A program made the translations under genes and the position numbers. A stretch of 64,000 nucleotides of DNA from Vicugna vicugna (Eukaryota). Under the pieces are notes generated by a model. The model was not told the origin of the DNA. It did not search any database and saw only the letters and a list, made by a program, of their open reading frames with translations. The stretch is from the NCBI GenBank assembly GCA_013265495.1, contig MU057552.1, positions 93,655 through 157,654 of the forward strand, read 5' to 3'. Positions 10,626-23,160 of this stretch are shown one piece after another (positions within the stretch are counted from its first letter, which is position 1; the number at the start of each line of letters is the position of its first letter).

Positions 10626-12979
10626 AACGCCCGCAGCTTTTAACGCCGACTACGCTCCAGCTGTCACTGTCTTTTCTCTTCCCTTTCATGGCCGAGGTCC
10701 TCACAGTGCTATCCGTTCCCCCTTTCATCTCCTTATCCTGAACCTTCCTCCTCCTCCCATCCCATGCTGGCTTCTGCCTCATGGTCCCTCTACTCTAAAC
10801 TGATCTGCGGGCACGGTCTCAGGCCCCAGCTCACCTGCCTGTCCGCCGCCTCTGCCACGGCTGGTGGGGGCGGGGCTGGGGGCAGAGTGCACCTCTTGTC
10901 CTGGAAGCGAACACAGCACAGACTCAGGGACAAGCAGCAGGTGTGGCCGGGACCTGCAGGACTGAGGGGAGAGCCAGGCTGTATGCATCCAGACCTGGGG
11001 CACTTGGGGTGTCAAGAAGCCCAGTCCTCACTGCCCCTGAAATGAGGAAAACACCCTCAGGTGAGTTAAAGTGTTTATGACCCAGGTCTGTTGGCTGGAA
11101 AGGACAAATGGGCCCCTAAGGGGAGGGTAGTTGATGTTCCAGGCCCCACCAAGGCCCTAAGGGCTGGCGGGGAACCAGGCTGGACGCTCCACTGGACCCA
11201 GTGCCCCCTCGGGGGTGGGGCCTTCGGGAACAAGCAGAAATCCCGCGGTCTCTGGGGGGAACGGGGCAGTGTGGGAGCATCCCTGCAGCGAGTCAAGTGA
11301 CGTCAGGGCCTGTGGGATCCGTTTGTATGGCCACATCGGGCCTCAGGAGAAGCCACAGCAGGAGTGGATTCGTGTCTCTCCAGCTGTCATCCTCGTGTCT
11401 GTGTGCCAGGCTTCAGACCCGATCCCCTGGGGCGCTAGGACAGTTATAGACAGAGGCGGCTTGGGGAGGCCTCAAGAGGGCGGTACTGGCCTTCCTGTCA
11501 ACACGATTACACGAAGATCAAACAATCCATCGATGGGAAGAAAATAAGAACCATAGTCACATCTGGACCCCAAGCTTAGACGTGGTGCATGGGTGACATT
11601 TATCAACAATCCAGTGAGGTTCTGGCCAGAGCTAGAGGCCAGGGCAGCAAGACGGGAGTGGCACTGAGGAGCATCGTGGTGCAGAGGCTGTACTGGGGAC
11701 CTGCAGGCTCCTCTCAGGAGGAGCCTCAGTGTTTGGGAGGTGGCTAACATGCCTCCTTCGTGTCACCAGCAAGTGATGCCACCTGCGGAAAATCAGCTGT
11801 AATCCTGAGTCGGGTCAGCCCTGGGTGATGTGATAAAGGCTCCTACAAGAGGGGGCACCAGATGGACAGTGAACCATCCAACAGGCTGATGAGTTTCCCG
11901 CCTGTGTTTATCGTGCTTTCATAGCCAAGAATGAGGAGAGAGTTGAATGGCTCGCCATGAAGATTTTAACAACTTCAGAGGGTGCCACGTCTCACTGCAT
12001 TTCAGTGTCACCTGGAGTTCAGGCGGTGTTTAGACCCAGGGGAGGCTAACGGCCTCTCGGTTCCTCATCAACCTGGCAAGCCCACCAGCCCTCTATGGCC
12101 AGAGCTTGGCAAGTGCCTTCCCTTGTTATAACAGAACACTTCCCACTCACGCCTGTGGTGAGCTTTTGTTTTTTTAATTAATGGGAATGAAGATACCTTA
12201 CGGCCTCCTCAGATCTTTCCTTAGTGCTTCTGCCCTTAGACCCCAGCAAGGGGGCCCGCTGCCCTGGACCCACTACAGAGGGTCCCCCTGGCCCTGACAC
12301 TTCCTCTGGCCATGCCCTCCATGGGGTGGGGTCAGCAGGGCCAAGGGCACATGGTCATTGGCTCCATCCCATGCTCTGGAAACACAGAACCCCGAATGCC
12401 CTGCCCCAGTAGCCCCTGACCCATTTCTAGTGCCTGCACCGGCTCTCCCCGGAGTTCAGATTCCCAGGACTCACAGAGAGGCCAAAGGGCAGCTGTTTGC
12501 ACGGAGGGTACAGGCAGAGCCCAGATATGAAGTCTGAGGGTCCCCTGTGCACATCCAAGGCCACTTGTGGCAAGGATGGACCCAGCATTGGGAAGAAAAG
12601 GGTCAGGCTAGTGATCAGAGACTGGGAATCAGCTCTCCCCACACGCTCACTTTCTTTCAGGACTCCCCTGTGTCTGGGAATTCTAAATTTGAACCTGGCC
12701 TTCCCCCTTATAATGAATGTATATTTGTAAAGGCAGGACTTTAGAACCTACTGCACTTAACATGTTTAAATATATAGGATGTGAGCTCCCAGGTATGCTC
12801 TGGCCCTGCACTTCCAAAGGTCCAGAGCAGTTATGTTGGCTCTACTGAGACTGTAAGTGGCAAAGACCGTCTCCAGAGAGGAGGGGCTCCTGCTTCACGT
12901 TCCGAAGTCAGGATCTTCTGAGCGTATAAAACAATGGACACTGAGACCCTCAATTGTAAATTGATTTAGAATAACGCCA

Positions 12980-13232
12980 AAGGTGTGTATGACTGTGTGC
13001 GCACACGAGCACCTGGGGACGTGTGTGGTACATGACTGTGTGTGTGTGTGTGCACTCGCACCTGTGGATGGATGTTGTGTGTGTTATGTGAGTGTGTGCG
13101 CCTGAGGACGTGTGTGGTTGTGTGTATGGTATGTGTGTGTGTGGTACATGAGTCCATGTGTGTGTGCGTGTGGGGATGTATGTGGAGCAGAGCCAGTGTG
13201 TCTGCACCTGTGTTTGTGTGTACGTGCATGCA
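12980..13232. repeat. Compound degenerate (TG)n tract
   Basis: Interrupted TG repeats over ~250 bp. Confidence 0.9.
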
Positions 13233-13826
13233 TTAGTTTTAACAGTAGAAGCTGTCCTTTAGAATTCTGAAGTAGTAAAAATTGTGTGATGTCCTTTGCT
13301 GTATAACTCAAAATTAAAATAATCTTCAATCACCAGGAACTTATTCCCCCCCAGATTCTGATTTTTTTTTTCCATATTGATTATGTCTTCATTTTACTGA
13401 TGAGGAAACTGTAGCTTAGAGATGTCAACTGACTCAACCAAGGGCATGGAGCTCGGGCGCCAAGGTCCAGGACGCAGTCCAAGCTGCGCTGCTCCAGAGG
13501 CCTGGAGCCCTGCTCATGATCACGTTTGGCCTCTTGGAGGGGAGCAGATTCTGATGGGCCGGGGCCAGTGTGCAGGCTGCCGAACCCGGGGACTCGGGAA
13601 GCCAGGCGGAGAGTACCAGACAGCAGACAAGAGTGAAAGGTTGCTCAGAAATCAGATAGGTTCCTAGGTCTTGGATGAGTAAGGAGGCTTACTGCTCACC
13701 CTTGATCCCTTTGCTGGTGGCTAAAAGGGACCAAGGCCCATGAGAGCACTTCTGGAAGCTGCCTGCCAAAACCTGGAAAAGGACTGCTCAGAACTGGCTC
13801 TGCAGTAGGAGCAGAGGAAGGAAATG

Positions 13827-13840
13827 TCGCCTCCTGGTGG
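13827..13840 (-). promoter_or_regulatory. Candidate CTCF site
   Basis: Reverse complement CCACCAGGAGGCGA closely matches the CTCF core. Motif only, no binding data. Confidence 0.5.
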
Positions 13841-14237
13841 ACATCCTTGATGATGGCAGTAGGAGGCCTAGCAGCCTTATTATGGAGGTGACAGGACAGG
13901 GTCCTAGTGGAGGATCTTTTTCACGTGGTTTAAAAATCATTGCTTCATATATTGTATCCAATTTGTGGTTTATTTTAGGATGGTAAATATTGTCTCTGTT
14001 ACTCCATATTAGCTGGATTGATTACTTTTTTATTGTTAATTTTCTCTTAAATGATTTGGAAGCTATATTGCCTTTTAATGAAAATTCTCTCTAAATTTTT
14101 ATGAATCATCTCTAAGTTCATAACTTTATATGTAATTGGACCAGTATTTCTATAACAGTCTCAAAAATGAAATAATCTATTAGATCCCGTTCCTCAATAA
14201 TGATAAATTTAGCATATTTTACCTCTCTGCTGTTCCA

Positions 14238-14240
<3 letters not shown>

Positions 14241-14286
<46 letters not shown>
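14241..14286. repeat. (TG)23 microsatellite
   Basis: Perfect TG run. Confidence 0.98.
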
Positions 14287-14290
<4 letters not shown>

Positions 14291-15443
14291 TCCTCCAGTT
14301 ACTACTTAGACAGTTGCTTTCAGTTTATTATATTAACAATGAAAATATAGGTATAAACTTCTTGGATTTCATTGCTCACTACCACTATTTAATCCCATGT
14401 CTTTCCCACTTTTGAGTTATTTACTTATAGGGATTTTCAAATCAACTGGACACAAGATTGGCTAAGTTTTTTTGAGCAGTGGACTTGGAACGCTTACATG
14501 TCTATATGCAGCTTTATGTTCTCCTCCTCAACAACTCTCAGCGTGTTGTTGATGGCCCAAGCCTTGTTTTAAAATATGGCATTGTTTTTCATCACCAAAA
14601 AAACAAAAAAGTTTTCTTGATTTAAAGTCCTGTCTTTTCATGACTGGCTAGTCTTGTCTGGTGGATAGAGATTTCCTTAACCTTTCCCCTTCTTTTCGCC
14701 ATATCTCGGATTCATTGAGATGCATGTTTTTACCATTTCTCAGATGGGCTTCCGCTTTGACTTCCGCTTTAAACCATCACCCCACTCGTTTTCTCCATGC
14801 TTATTCCTGAATAAGTGAGCTGTCTATCGGATTAAAGATGGTTCCCGTCAGAGATTTGTGGCTCCCTGTCCAAAGGTCCAAAGGAAGAGAAAAGGAAAGA
14901 TTCCTGTTTCTGGTGGTTACATTTTGTCAGCTTAGAGATCTAGTTATCCGTGTGGCTGCGGTGGAATATGCAATATCTTGGCTCAGAGTTTCCTTTTTCT
15001 GGCTTACTAGGGGAGCCGCATTAGCTGGGGTCACGGCGCTGTGGCCGTTGTCAGGATCCCGGGACTGAGGCAGCCCCTCTCCCCCCTTGTTATTTTGATC
15101 TTGCAAACTGGGTCCCAGCTATGTGAACCCTGCACCTGGTGGCCAGGATCACCCCCCACGTGACGTGTCCCCAGTTCCTCGGCGTCCCTCACTGCTTTCA
15201 GCTAGCTCCACTCAGGGTACGAGATGGCTTCCACTGCGGTCCTTCCTTCTTCCCTTCCAAGCAGGCCCTCCTTTCCCACTAGTTGGCCCTAAACCTTCTC
15301 TCCTGCTCTACATACGCTGACGGAATTCCTCAGGGTTTCCAGCAGGTAGATGGGTCTCTTCTATGTTTGGACCCCTTCAGTGCTTGCAGTGAAAATATAG
15401 ATTTGGAGGTGGAAAGGAAGAGCTTGGGGGTTCTCCGTGTCTA

Positions 15444-15891
15444 GGGGCTCCCTATCCAGCAGATTCAACTAACTGTGTATTGAAAATATTCGGGAAAAAT
15501 CAGAAAGTTTCAAAAAGCAACACTTGAATTTGCCATACACTGGCAACTACTTACATAGCATTCATGTTGTATTAGATACCATGAATAATCTAGAGATGAT
15601 TTAAAGTACACAGGAGGACACAGCGAAGGAGAATGTGACAATGAATGTACGTGTATATTCATGTATAACTGAAAATTGTGCTCTATGCTGGAATTTGATG
15701 CAACAATGTAAAATGACTATAACTCCATAAAAAAAAGTTTGTGTATATTTATAGAAAATGTACATGGGAGGGTGCACATAAGTTCCATGCAAATCCTATG
15801 CCATTTTATACAAGAGGCATCAGCATCCATGGATGTTGACGTCTGGGGGGAGTCCTGGAACCAGTGCCCCATGGTTACCAAGGGATGACTG
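15444..15891 (-). mobile_element. Tigger/MER2-group DNA transposon remnant with nested L1 3' fragment (15620-15760, +)
   Basis: End GGGGAGTCCTGGAACCAGTGCCCCATGGTTACCAAGGGATGACTG resembles a MER2/Tigger3 terminus. The inserted L1 tail is flanked by an imperfect TSD, TACACAGGAGG (15608) / TACATGGGAGG (15761). Confidence 0.75.
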
Positions 15892-16099
15892 GAAGTCCAG
15901 GCTCCTTATCCCAGCCTGTCAGGTCCCCACGTGGTCTGAATGCTGCCTGTACCACACTCTTGCTGTCACTCTCCTCCAGCCCTGCCAGACTGCTCTCTGA
16001 TTCTTCAACAGGCCACACTCACTGCACTTCATGTCTGGCCCCTGGAAATACCCTTTACTTTCTGAGCATGGCTCTGCTTTAATAAAACGGGCTGCATTG

Positions 16100-16755
16100 T
16101 CACTAGAGAAGACAGTGTGGAGGTTCCTTTAAAAACTGAAAATGGATTTAACTCATGATCCAGCCTTCCCACTCCCAGGCATATGTCAGGCGAAAACTCT
16201 AATTCAAAAAGTCACATGTACCTCAATGCTCACAGCAACACTATGTATAATAACCAGGACATGGCAACAACCCAAATGTCCATTGACAGGTTACTGGATA
16301 AAGAAGTAGTAATATATTTATACAAAGGAATACTACTCAGCCATTAAAAAGAACAAATAATGCCATTTGCAGCAACATGGATGGACGTAGAGATAGTCAT
16401 TCTAAGTGAAGTAAGCCAGAAAAAGAGAAAAATGCCATATGATATCACTTATATGTGGAATCTAAAAAAAGACACAAATGAACTTAACTACAAAAGAGAA
16501 ACAGACCCACAGACATAGAGAAACAAACTTACGGTTCACAGGGAGAGAAGGGGATGGGAAGGGATAAATACGGGAATTCGAAAAGTGCCCCTCTTGGGGA
16601 GTGATGGGAATGTTAGCTATCTTGATTTTGGTGATGGTTTTCTGGGTGTAGACATCTATCAAAGTCATCAAATAGTACATGTGAAATATGTGTAGTTTAC
16701 TGTACAGGAATCATACCACAATAAAGGTGCCTGTAAAAAAAAAAAAAGAAAAGAA
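16100..16755 (+). mobile_element. LINE-1 3' fragments
   Basis: GGAATACTACTCAGCCATTAAAAAGAAC, ATGCCATTTGCAGCAACATGGATGGAC, AATAAA and an A-tail. Confidence 0.9.
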
Positions 16756-16869
16756 AAGATTGGCGGCATTGTGTCCTACGTTTTTATGTGTCTTCAGTGA
16801 GTGGGTCTTCAAGTTTCTGGTCTGGCATATTTTCTGAACCAGAAGTGCCCTCCTTCCCTTTTCTTTGAT

Positions 16870-17855
16870 AAACTGTCAGTGGGTTGCATTTATTCCCATG
16901 GCTTCAACTGCTCTCGGTCCTACTGATTAACTGTCAAATCTTTTCCAGCAAGGACATCTAATTTCAGTCCCAGAAATATACTTGTAATTGACAAGTAGAC
17001 ATTCCCACTTGATTAGCCCATAAAAATCTCAAGCTCTGTATGTTTGGATTTACACTCGCTCAGAACTAGGTTTACTTCTTCAAACAATGGCATCACTATC
17101 CCATCTGTTTTCCGTGCCATACATCTGGGAGTTTTCCTTTACTTTTCCACTCCCTCACCCCCATAAGTATTACAATTCTATTCCTTAATGTCCCCCAGCT
17201 AAGTCCCTGCCCCTCGCTCCCCACTGCGTTAACTCACACCCCTTGCTAGTCTCCCCACTGCTGTTCTTTAGAGTGAACAATCCACCTTGCTCACTTTTAA
17301 TGACTAATCTTTGTCACTCTCCTCCTTAAAACCCCAAAGAATTCCCCGCTGCTTATGTGAGGAGGTCCACGCTCCCTGATTGAAAGTTACACCTTCTCAT
17401 CAGCTAGTTGCTGCTTTTTTTCAGCCTCAGCTTCCGTTAGTTCCTCACAGCCTCTAGTCTCACTGACCTTCCTTCCCTAAGTGCAAAGTGCTCTTAGACA
17501 CGACCAGGCCTCTGCACGAGACATGAAAGCTGCCGAGAATCCCGTCCCCACCACGCACTCTCCTGGCCTAGAGATTTGCTGGAATCCTTCAGATGTCAGT
17601 GCAGAAAGCATTTCCTCTCTGATACTTTCCCTACCTTCTAGAACCCTGTGCCAGGCAGTGCAAGAGCCCCTCTGAACATATAGTATACATGATGCCAAGT
17701 GACTCTTACCACACTGTTTTGAAAACCTATTTAATTTTGCCTCTTCCATGACACATTGTGATCTCCTTGAGGGATGGGGGGCTGTGTGGTATTTGTCTAG
17801 ACAGCTAATGTCTGGCACAGACCCCGGGCCATCGGAAACAGTCTGCTGACTCATC
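16870..17855 (+). mobile_element. LINE-2 3' region, degenerate
   Basis: L2-like phrases: GGCATCACTATCCCATCTG, TGTCACTCTCCTCCTTAAAACCC, CTCCTTGAGGGATGGGG, TCTGGCACA. Confidence 0.65.
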
Positions 17856-18873
17856 AAGAAGAATTGTCGTCTTTGCGATGTAAGAAAGACTACGTGATTG
17901 CTGATCTTACACCATTCGGCAAGGGTCAAAATAATTTCACATAGAACTACACAGGCAAAATATGTGTATTCCTTTCCTCTTTGTGAGCCCGAGATCATAG
18001 GCATCCTGGAACGTAGGTGTCACTCTAAGCTGTGTGTCCCCTAGGCTGTCACGTCCAGCTTCAACATATTTTTTAGAAGTTGTATGGATACGTGTATATC
18101 ACCCCATCTTAGAGCAAACGGCACTTCAGCCTGACCCAATTTAATGTTCATATAAATATCATAAATCTTCCAAACTGAAGCCTGAGGAAACATTTCCCTT
18201 CTCTCCTTCCAGTCTGTCTGCCATCCGCATCCCACATCCCCACTGCTCACCTGTGTCAGACCACCTTCCATCTAGAAACATTTTTGGTGGGACACTTGGA
18301 TGAGAAGTAATTACAGCACTCATGAAAATGGTCCCATGAACGTAGGCTCTGCACAACAAGGATGCTTTGACCGGAGGCCTCAGCCGTGGCCTGCAGGGTC
18401 TGTTCACGTGTTCTGCCTGGCTTCAATGCAGACGTTCTGCAGAAAATCAAGCCGCAGTTAAAGTCATAGAAGGCCCAAGAAATCCAGAAAAATAGAGTGA
18501 GATTCATCTCCTTGGGAATATTTTTGAAAACCATCCACTAATAGGAAGAAGAGTTTTAAGATGTTCGTTTCAGAGCAGATAATGTCCAACTGCAGGTGGG
18601 TCAGTTTTGTCATTGTTGCTCGCTAGTTAACTTTCTGCTGCTTCTAACAAGCCTCTGTTTAGAGAAGTGGCTTGAGTCGGCCCTCAGAGCAGAAAGGTGA
18701 GCTGGTCCTGGCGACAGCCTAGCTCCTCTGCTGTGTAGTACCCCGCTGAGAAGGAAGGGATGGCCCAGGGCTTCCTCTGACTCTCTCCCTCAGTTATAAA
18801 CTCTATGAAGGGAAAATGGAACAAAACATCTTAATTCAATATGGTATTGTCAAAGTATAAAAATAATTGTCTT

Positions 18874-19060
18874 TGGAGGGGAGGGTAGAGTTCAAGGGGT
18901 AGAGTACGTGCTGGGTTCAATTCGCAGTACCTCAATGTAAAAAAAAAAAAATTTGAAACCACAAAAAAAAAAAAAAAATATAAGAAAAATTCTAAAAAAA
19001 AAAAAAGAACAAAGAAGAAAAGAGATCTCAAACAACCCAAGTTTAAAAAGGAAAAAAATG
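18874..19060 (+). mobile_element. tRNA-derived SINE (Vic-like), internally deleted, long A-rich tail
   Basis: GGGGAGGGTAGAGTTCAAGGGGTAGAG...CTGGGTTCAATTCGCAGTACCTC followed by A-rich tail. Confidence 0.75.
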
Positions 19061-19289
19061 TCTTTTAATAGTAGTAGTCAGCTCGGTCTTTTGCTAGATT
19101 AGGAGTTTGGGATTAACAGGTGCACACTACTATGTATAAAATAAACAACAAAATCCAAGGTCCTTAATAACCTAGTTCAACCTGAATCCTTTCTCTTTTT
19201 TCCCCTAAGCAACCCGTGGAAGCCTCTGAAATTCTCATTTTATAAGAGAATTCATTTAAAGGCAGTTTGAAAGTTTCTGGTTAAAACAG

Positions 19290-19985
19290 TTATTTGTGCT
19301 TCCATGAATATAAGTCTAGTAAGAAAAATAGACAATAAACCAGTAAGCAAATAAATATATTATGTACTGCCAGTTACTAATATTTGCCACAAAGAAACAT
19401 AAAGCATATTAGGGGAGAAAATGATTGAATAGGAACTATGTGCATGCTATTTTAAATAATGTGGTCAGATAAGTCCTCTCTGAGGGTAAAATAATTTGAA
19501 CAAAGTCCTGAATGAAGCAAAAGAATAAGCCACGTAGGTAACAGACAAGAAAAGCCTCCCAGGCCGGGAGAAGTGTAAGTACGAGACTTGGAGTTACAAA
19601 CACAGCTGTCTGGTGGGGACCGTCTGGGCGGTGAAGATGGGCTGGAGCAGAACGGTGAGAACTGAGGCTGCAGAGACGGGTGAGGGACCAGGTCACACGG
19701 GACCTCAGTAGGGACTCTGGATATCCTTCTGAATACAATGGAAAATCACGAGAGTATTTTGCAAAACGGAACAAATTGATCTGATTCATACTTTAATAAG
19801 ACCGTTGTGGGTAACATATGGGGAATAAACAATGGAAGCAGGGCAAGGTAAGCTGATGGGAAGCCAGTGGGAAGAGTGCTGCTGACCTGGAGAGAGACAC
19901 CGAGGTTGGGCTGGGATGATGGCCGGAGACGGGCTGAAAGGGGGACACGATTTGACAGTAACGGTCACAGGCATTAATGCTCGAG
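19290..19985 (-). mobile_element. LINE-2 fragment
   Basis: GTGGTCAGATAAGTCCTCTCTGAGG and other antisense L2-like phrases. Confidence 0.7.
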
Positions 19986-20942
19986 TTGCACACAGACACA
20001 GAGTGGTTCAGGGTGATGGGTATGTGATATTTGGAGCAGAGTCACAGTTTTTGTGCAGAGACCTGACAGGAGAATAAAGTGGGGACGTTAACGTCGGTAA
20101 GAAGTGTTGGTGGGTGTTTAATTCCCCCTAGAGCCGCGTCTCTGTTTCTCTGTAGATGAAGTCAGCAGAGCAGGGATTGGTGTTCCTACTTCTGCGGAGA
20201 ATTGCGTGTCTTCCTCATCGACAAATTCAAGAGGCCGACCTGCCCATCCAATTGCAACATCTTGAATTTGCTTCTTTCTATCCAGGAGGAGATTTTCAAA
20301 TAAGATGCCAGTCAAAAATTCCCCTGTCGAGAGTTAGAGCTGTGTGCCTTTGGGATGACCTCAGAGATGCCTCCACAGAAGTTCAGTGTGCTCTCTCTCC
20401 CTCAGAGCACACAGTTCCCTTCAGTCCGGTGGGTCTCAGCAGAGAAGATTTCACAAATAGACCCTCTCAGGCCCTGGGGACCAACTTCCCGCTTGGCTGA
20501 ACTCTGAAAATGAGCACGAGTTCCTGGCAAAGGGCCTTCTCCAGGGTACCATCTGGCAGATTACATGAGGAAAGTGTACAAAAGAGTGGGAAGGTTGATG
20601 GTATAAATGTATTTTAGTTTTTGCTCTGAATCTGATTCTGTCCTTCTGTTTTGTTATGGAAGTTTTCTTAGGCCAGACATGATTCTCATTTCTTCTTTCT
20701 ATTTGATCTTCCAAGAGGTTTAGATAGGGTTTTTGTTTTAGGGTAAGAATCTTTAAAAAAAGAACAAAAAACCTTGCAAATAGCGTCTTGTTAGGCATTT
20801 GGGAAAGACAACTAGTAAGTTCTCCCAGCAGTATTGAACCCCCTTGTTCCTCCAGGGGGTCTCCAAAGGTATACATGTTCCAAATCTGCCCCAAAACCAA
20901 TGAGCCTTTTCTTTTTTTAAGCACTTCACCATGGACAAAAGA

Positions 20943-21255
20943 TGTCACTAAAGAAGGTGAGAAAAGAGCAGGTCCCCATCATCTAGAGTCCCTACCAAAG
21001 GGCCCACAGAAGTAAAGAGGAGACAAATGAGAGAAAAGTTTTATTTATACACACACAGGAGCCAACCAGAAAAGTAAATACCATGTTAAATGGTGAAAGT
21101 TAAAGGCTTTTTATCAACCTAACTTAATAGGGCAAAGGGAGAGGAGAGAATTGGCTTTCATGACAGATTTTCTTCTACATCTATTGGATCTCAAGTTTCT
21201 TCAGCTTAAAGTGCTTTTGTATTAACCGTGGGTTCCATCTGACTTTCCATTCCTT
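20943..21255 (-). mobile_element. Possible solo LTR (ERV1-like)
   Basis: Starts TGTCAC, has reverse AATAAA (TTTATT) and TCTTCAGCTTAAA. Weak family-level resemblance only. Confidence 0.4.
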
Positions 21256-22099
21256 GAACTTTGTTCTTCTTTTTCAAGATACACTCATGTATTCTGAGCA
21301 CCAGGGTTTTCCACGTGAATTTTAGATTGATTGTCAGTTCCTTCAGAACAGCACCTGCTATTTGGGTATGCATTCTTTGAATCCTTAGATCTATTCGTGG
21401 ACTATTGTCATCTTAGTAGAATGAAGCCTTCTTCTCCATGAATTTCGGATTATTCTCTGTGAATGTTGGTCTTAATTTCTCTCAACAGTATCTCTATTCT
21501 ACTGTAGTCTTCAGTGCCCAAGTCTGGTACTTATTCCTCACCTCTATTGGATGGTGAAGAAGAGACACGACCTCCTGGAGAACCTCTGCTGCCACTGAGC
21601 TGACATGGAACTGAGTCCTGAGAAGGACTTAAATTCTTTTAAAAATAGGATTAGTGTACAATTACTCCATGGATGAGTAATGAATGGGTTACAATAACAT
21701 AGGACTTTAATCCTTTTAGAATTAGTAGAGTAATACAGACACATTACAAAAAATTGAAATATTGCCTAAAAGAGAAGAGATTTGTAATTCTCACCCACAG
21801 AGGTGACTGTCATGAATGATTTGGTTCTTATGTCTCAGTCTCTGTGTCTCTCAGTATGTCTCTTTCCATGTCTGTGTCTCACACACTGGCAATCAGATCA
21901 ATTTACATCTATGTTGATTTCACACATATGTGGTCTTGCAGATGGGACCCTGGGTGCAGACAGTGGGTCTGCATACTTCCACCCTGAGGCCTCCCTTGAC
22001 ATTGGGTTGAGACCAGGCACCCACTTTTCCAACTGCACAGCATTCATTCATCCACATGAACCAGAACGAATGGATCCCATCCCCTTTCCATCAACATTA

Positions 22100-23160
22100 G
22101 TGTTGCTTTAATTTGGACTGTTTCACCCAGTGCTGTGATGAACACCCTTGAAAAGGCATCTTTGAATAGGTGTGTAAGGATTTTAGAGGGATTAACTGTA
22201 AGGATCAGAACTTCTGGGGAAGAGATGCATCTGTGGCCCTTTGATGCATCCTGCACCCTGTTCTCCTGAAGAGGAGNNNNNNNNNNNNNNNNNNNNNNNN
22301 NNNNNNNNNNNNNNNNNNNNNNNNNNNNNNNNNNNNNNNNNNNNNNNNNNNNNNNNNNNNNNNNNNNNNNNNNNNNNNNNNNNNNNNNNNNNNNNNNNNN
22401 NNNNNNNNNNNNNNNNNNNNNNNNNNNNNNNNNNNNNNNNNNNNNNTAACACACACACCTGCATTGCCTCTCATTGGAACTGCCCATGTCTGTTCTGTTT
22501 CTGTTTAGAACACTGGGTTTTGAAAGGTTTTTGGACTACAGGGATGGGAAACCCTTCGCCAACCTTGAGTTATGAGGAATGCTTTTTCCAGTTTGTCTTT
22601 CAAGCAGTTTTTCTTGGCTTTTGCTAATTTTTTTATTTGTTTGGTTTTGTTTTTGCCACAGAAAGAGCTAAGCATCTCCCTTCTGTCTTCTGGCTGTAGT
22701 GTCACAGGGGGAACAGCAGTGTCTACCCTGAGATTATGCACAGAGTTACTAAAAGGGCTTCATTTTGTACGTCACATCTTTAATCCCCCTGGATATCCCC
22801 TTAAAATAATAAAAACGCTGTTTCAAGTGAAAACAAACAAACAAAAATCACCAGCCCCAGCTTAAAACATGTGGGCAGGGACAAAAAAATAACTTTTTTA
22901 AAGTTTCATTGACAAGGAACACCCAGGAGAGGTAAAGACACGTAGAGAGAAAGAGGACTTGGGGTTGTCAGGGGCTGGGTGAGGAGGGAGGGGAGTGCAC
23001 GCTCTGGATCCATGGTTTCACTTTGAGGAAAGAAATAGTGTGAAACTAGATGGTAGTGATGGTCGCACAACATTGTGAATGCCCCTAATGCTCCTGAATT
23101 GCACAATTTAAAAGGGGAAATGTCTATATTTTATTACATGAAACTCTAAAAAGAAAAATA
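22100..23160. repeat. Diverged direct repeat, copy A (paralog of 25760-26800)
   Basis: Shared blocks such as GAGATTATGCACAGAGTTACTAAAAGGGCTTCATTT (22731 and 26377), AAGAGCTAAGCATCTCCCTTCTG and AGAACACTGGG. Offset about 3.65 kb. Built of old L1 fragments. Confidence 0.9.
22277..22446. other. Assembly gap (170 N)
   Basis: Run of N. Confidence 1.

Noticed and set aside
10830..11500. Minus-strand exon-like segments and a TGACGTCA site (11298-11305)
   Set aside because: Splice-like motifs exist, but no consistent frame or recognisable protein could be built.
12950..13329. His/Thr- and Val/Cys-rich ORFs
   Set aside because: Translations of the (TG/CA)n tract.
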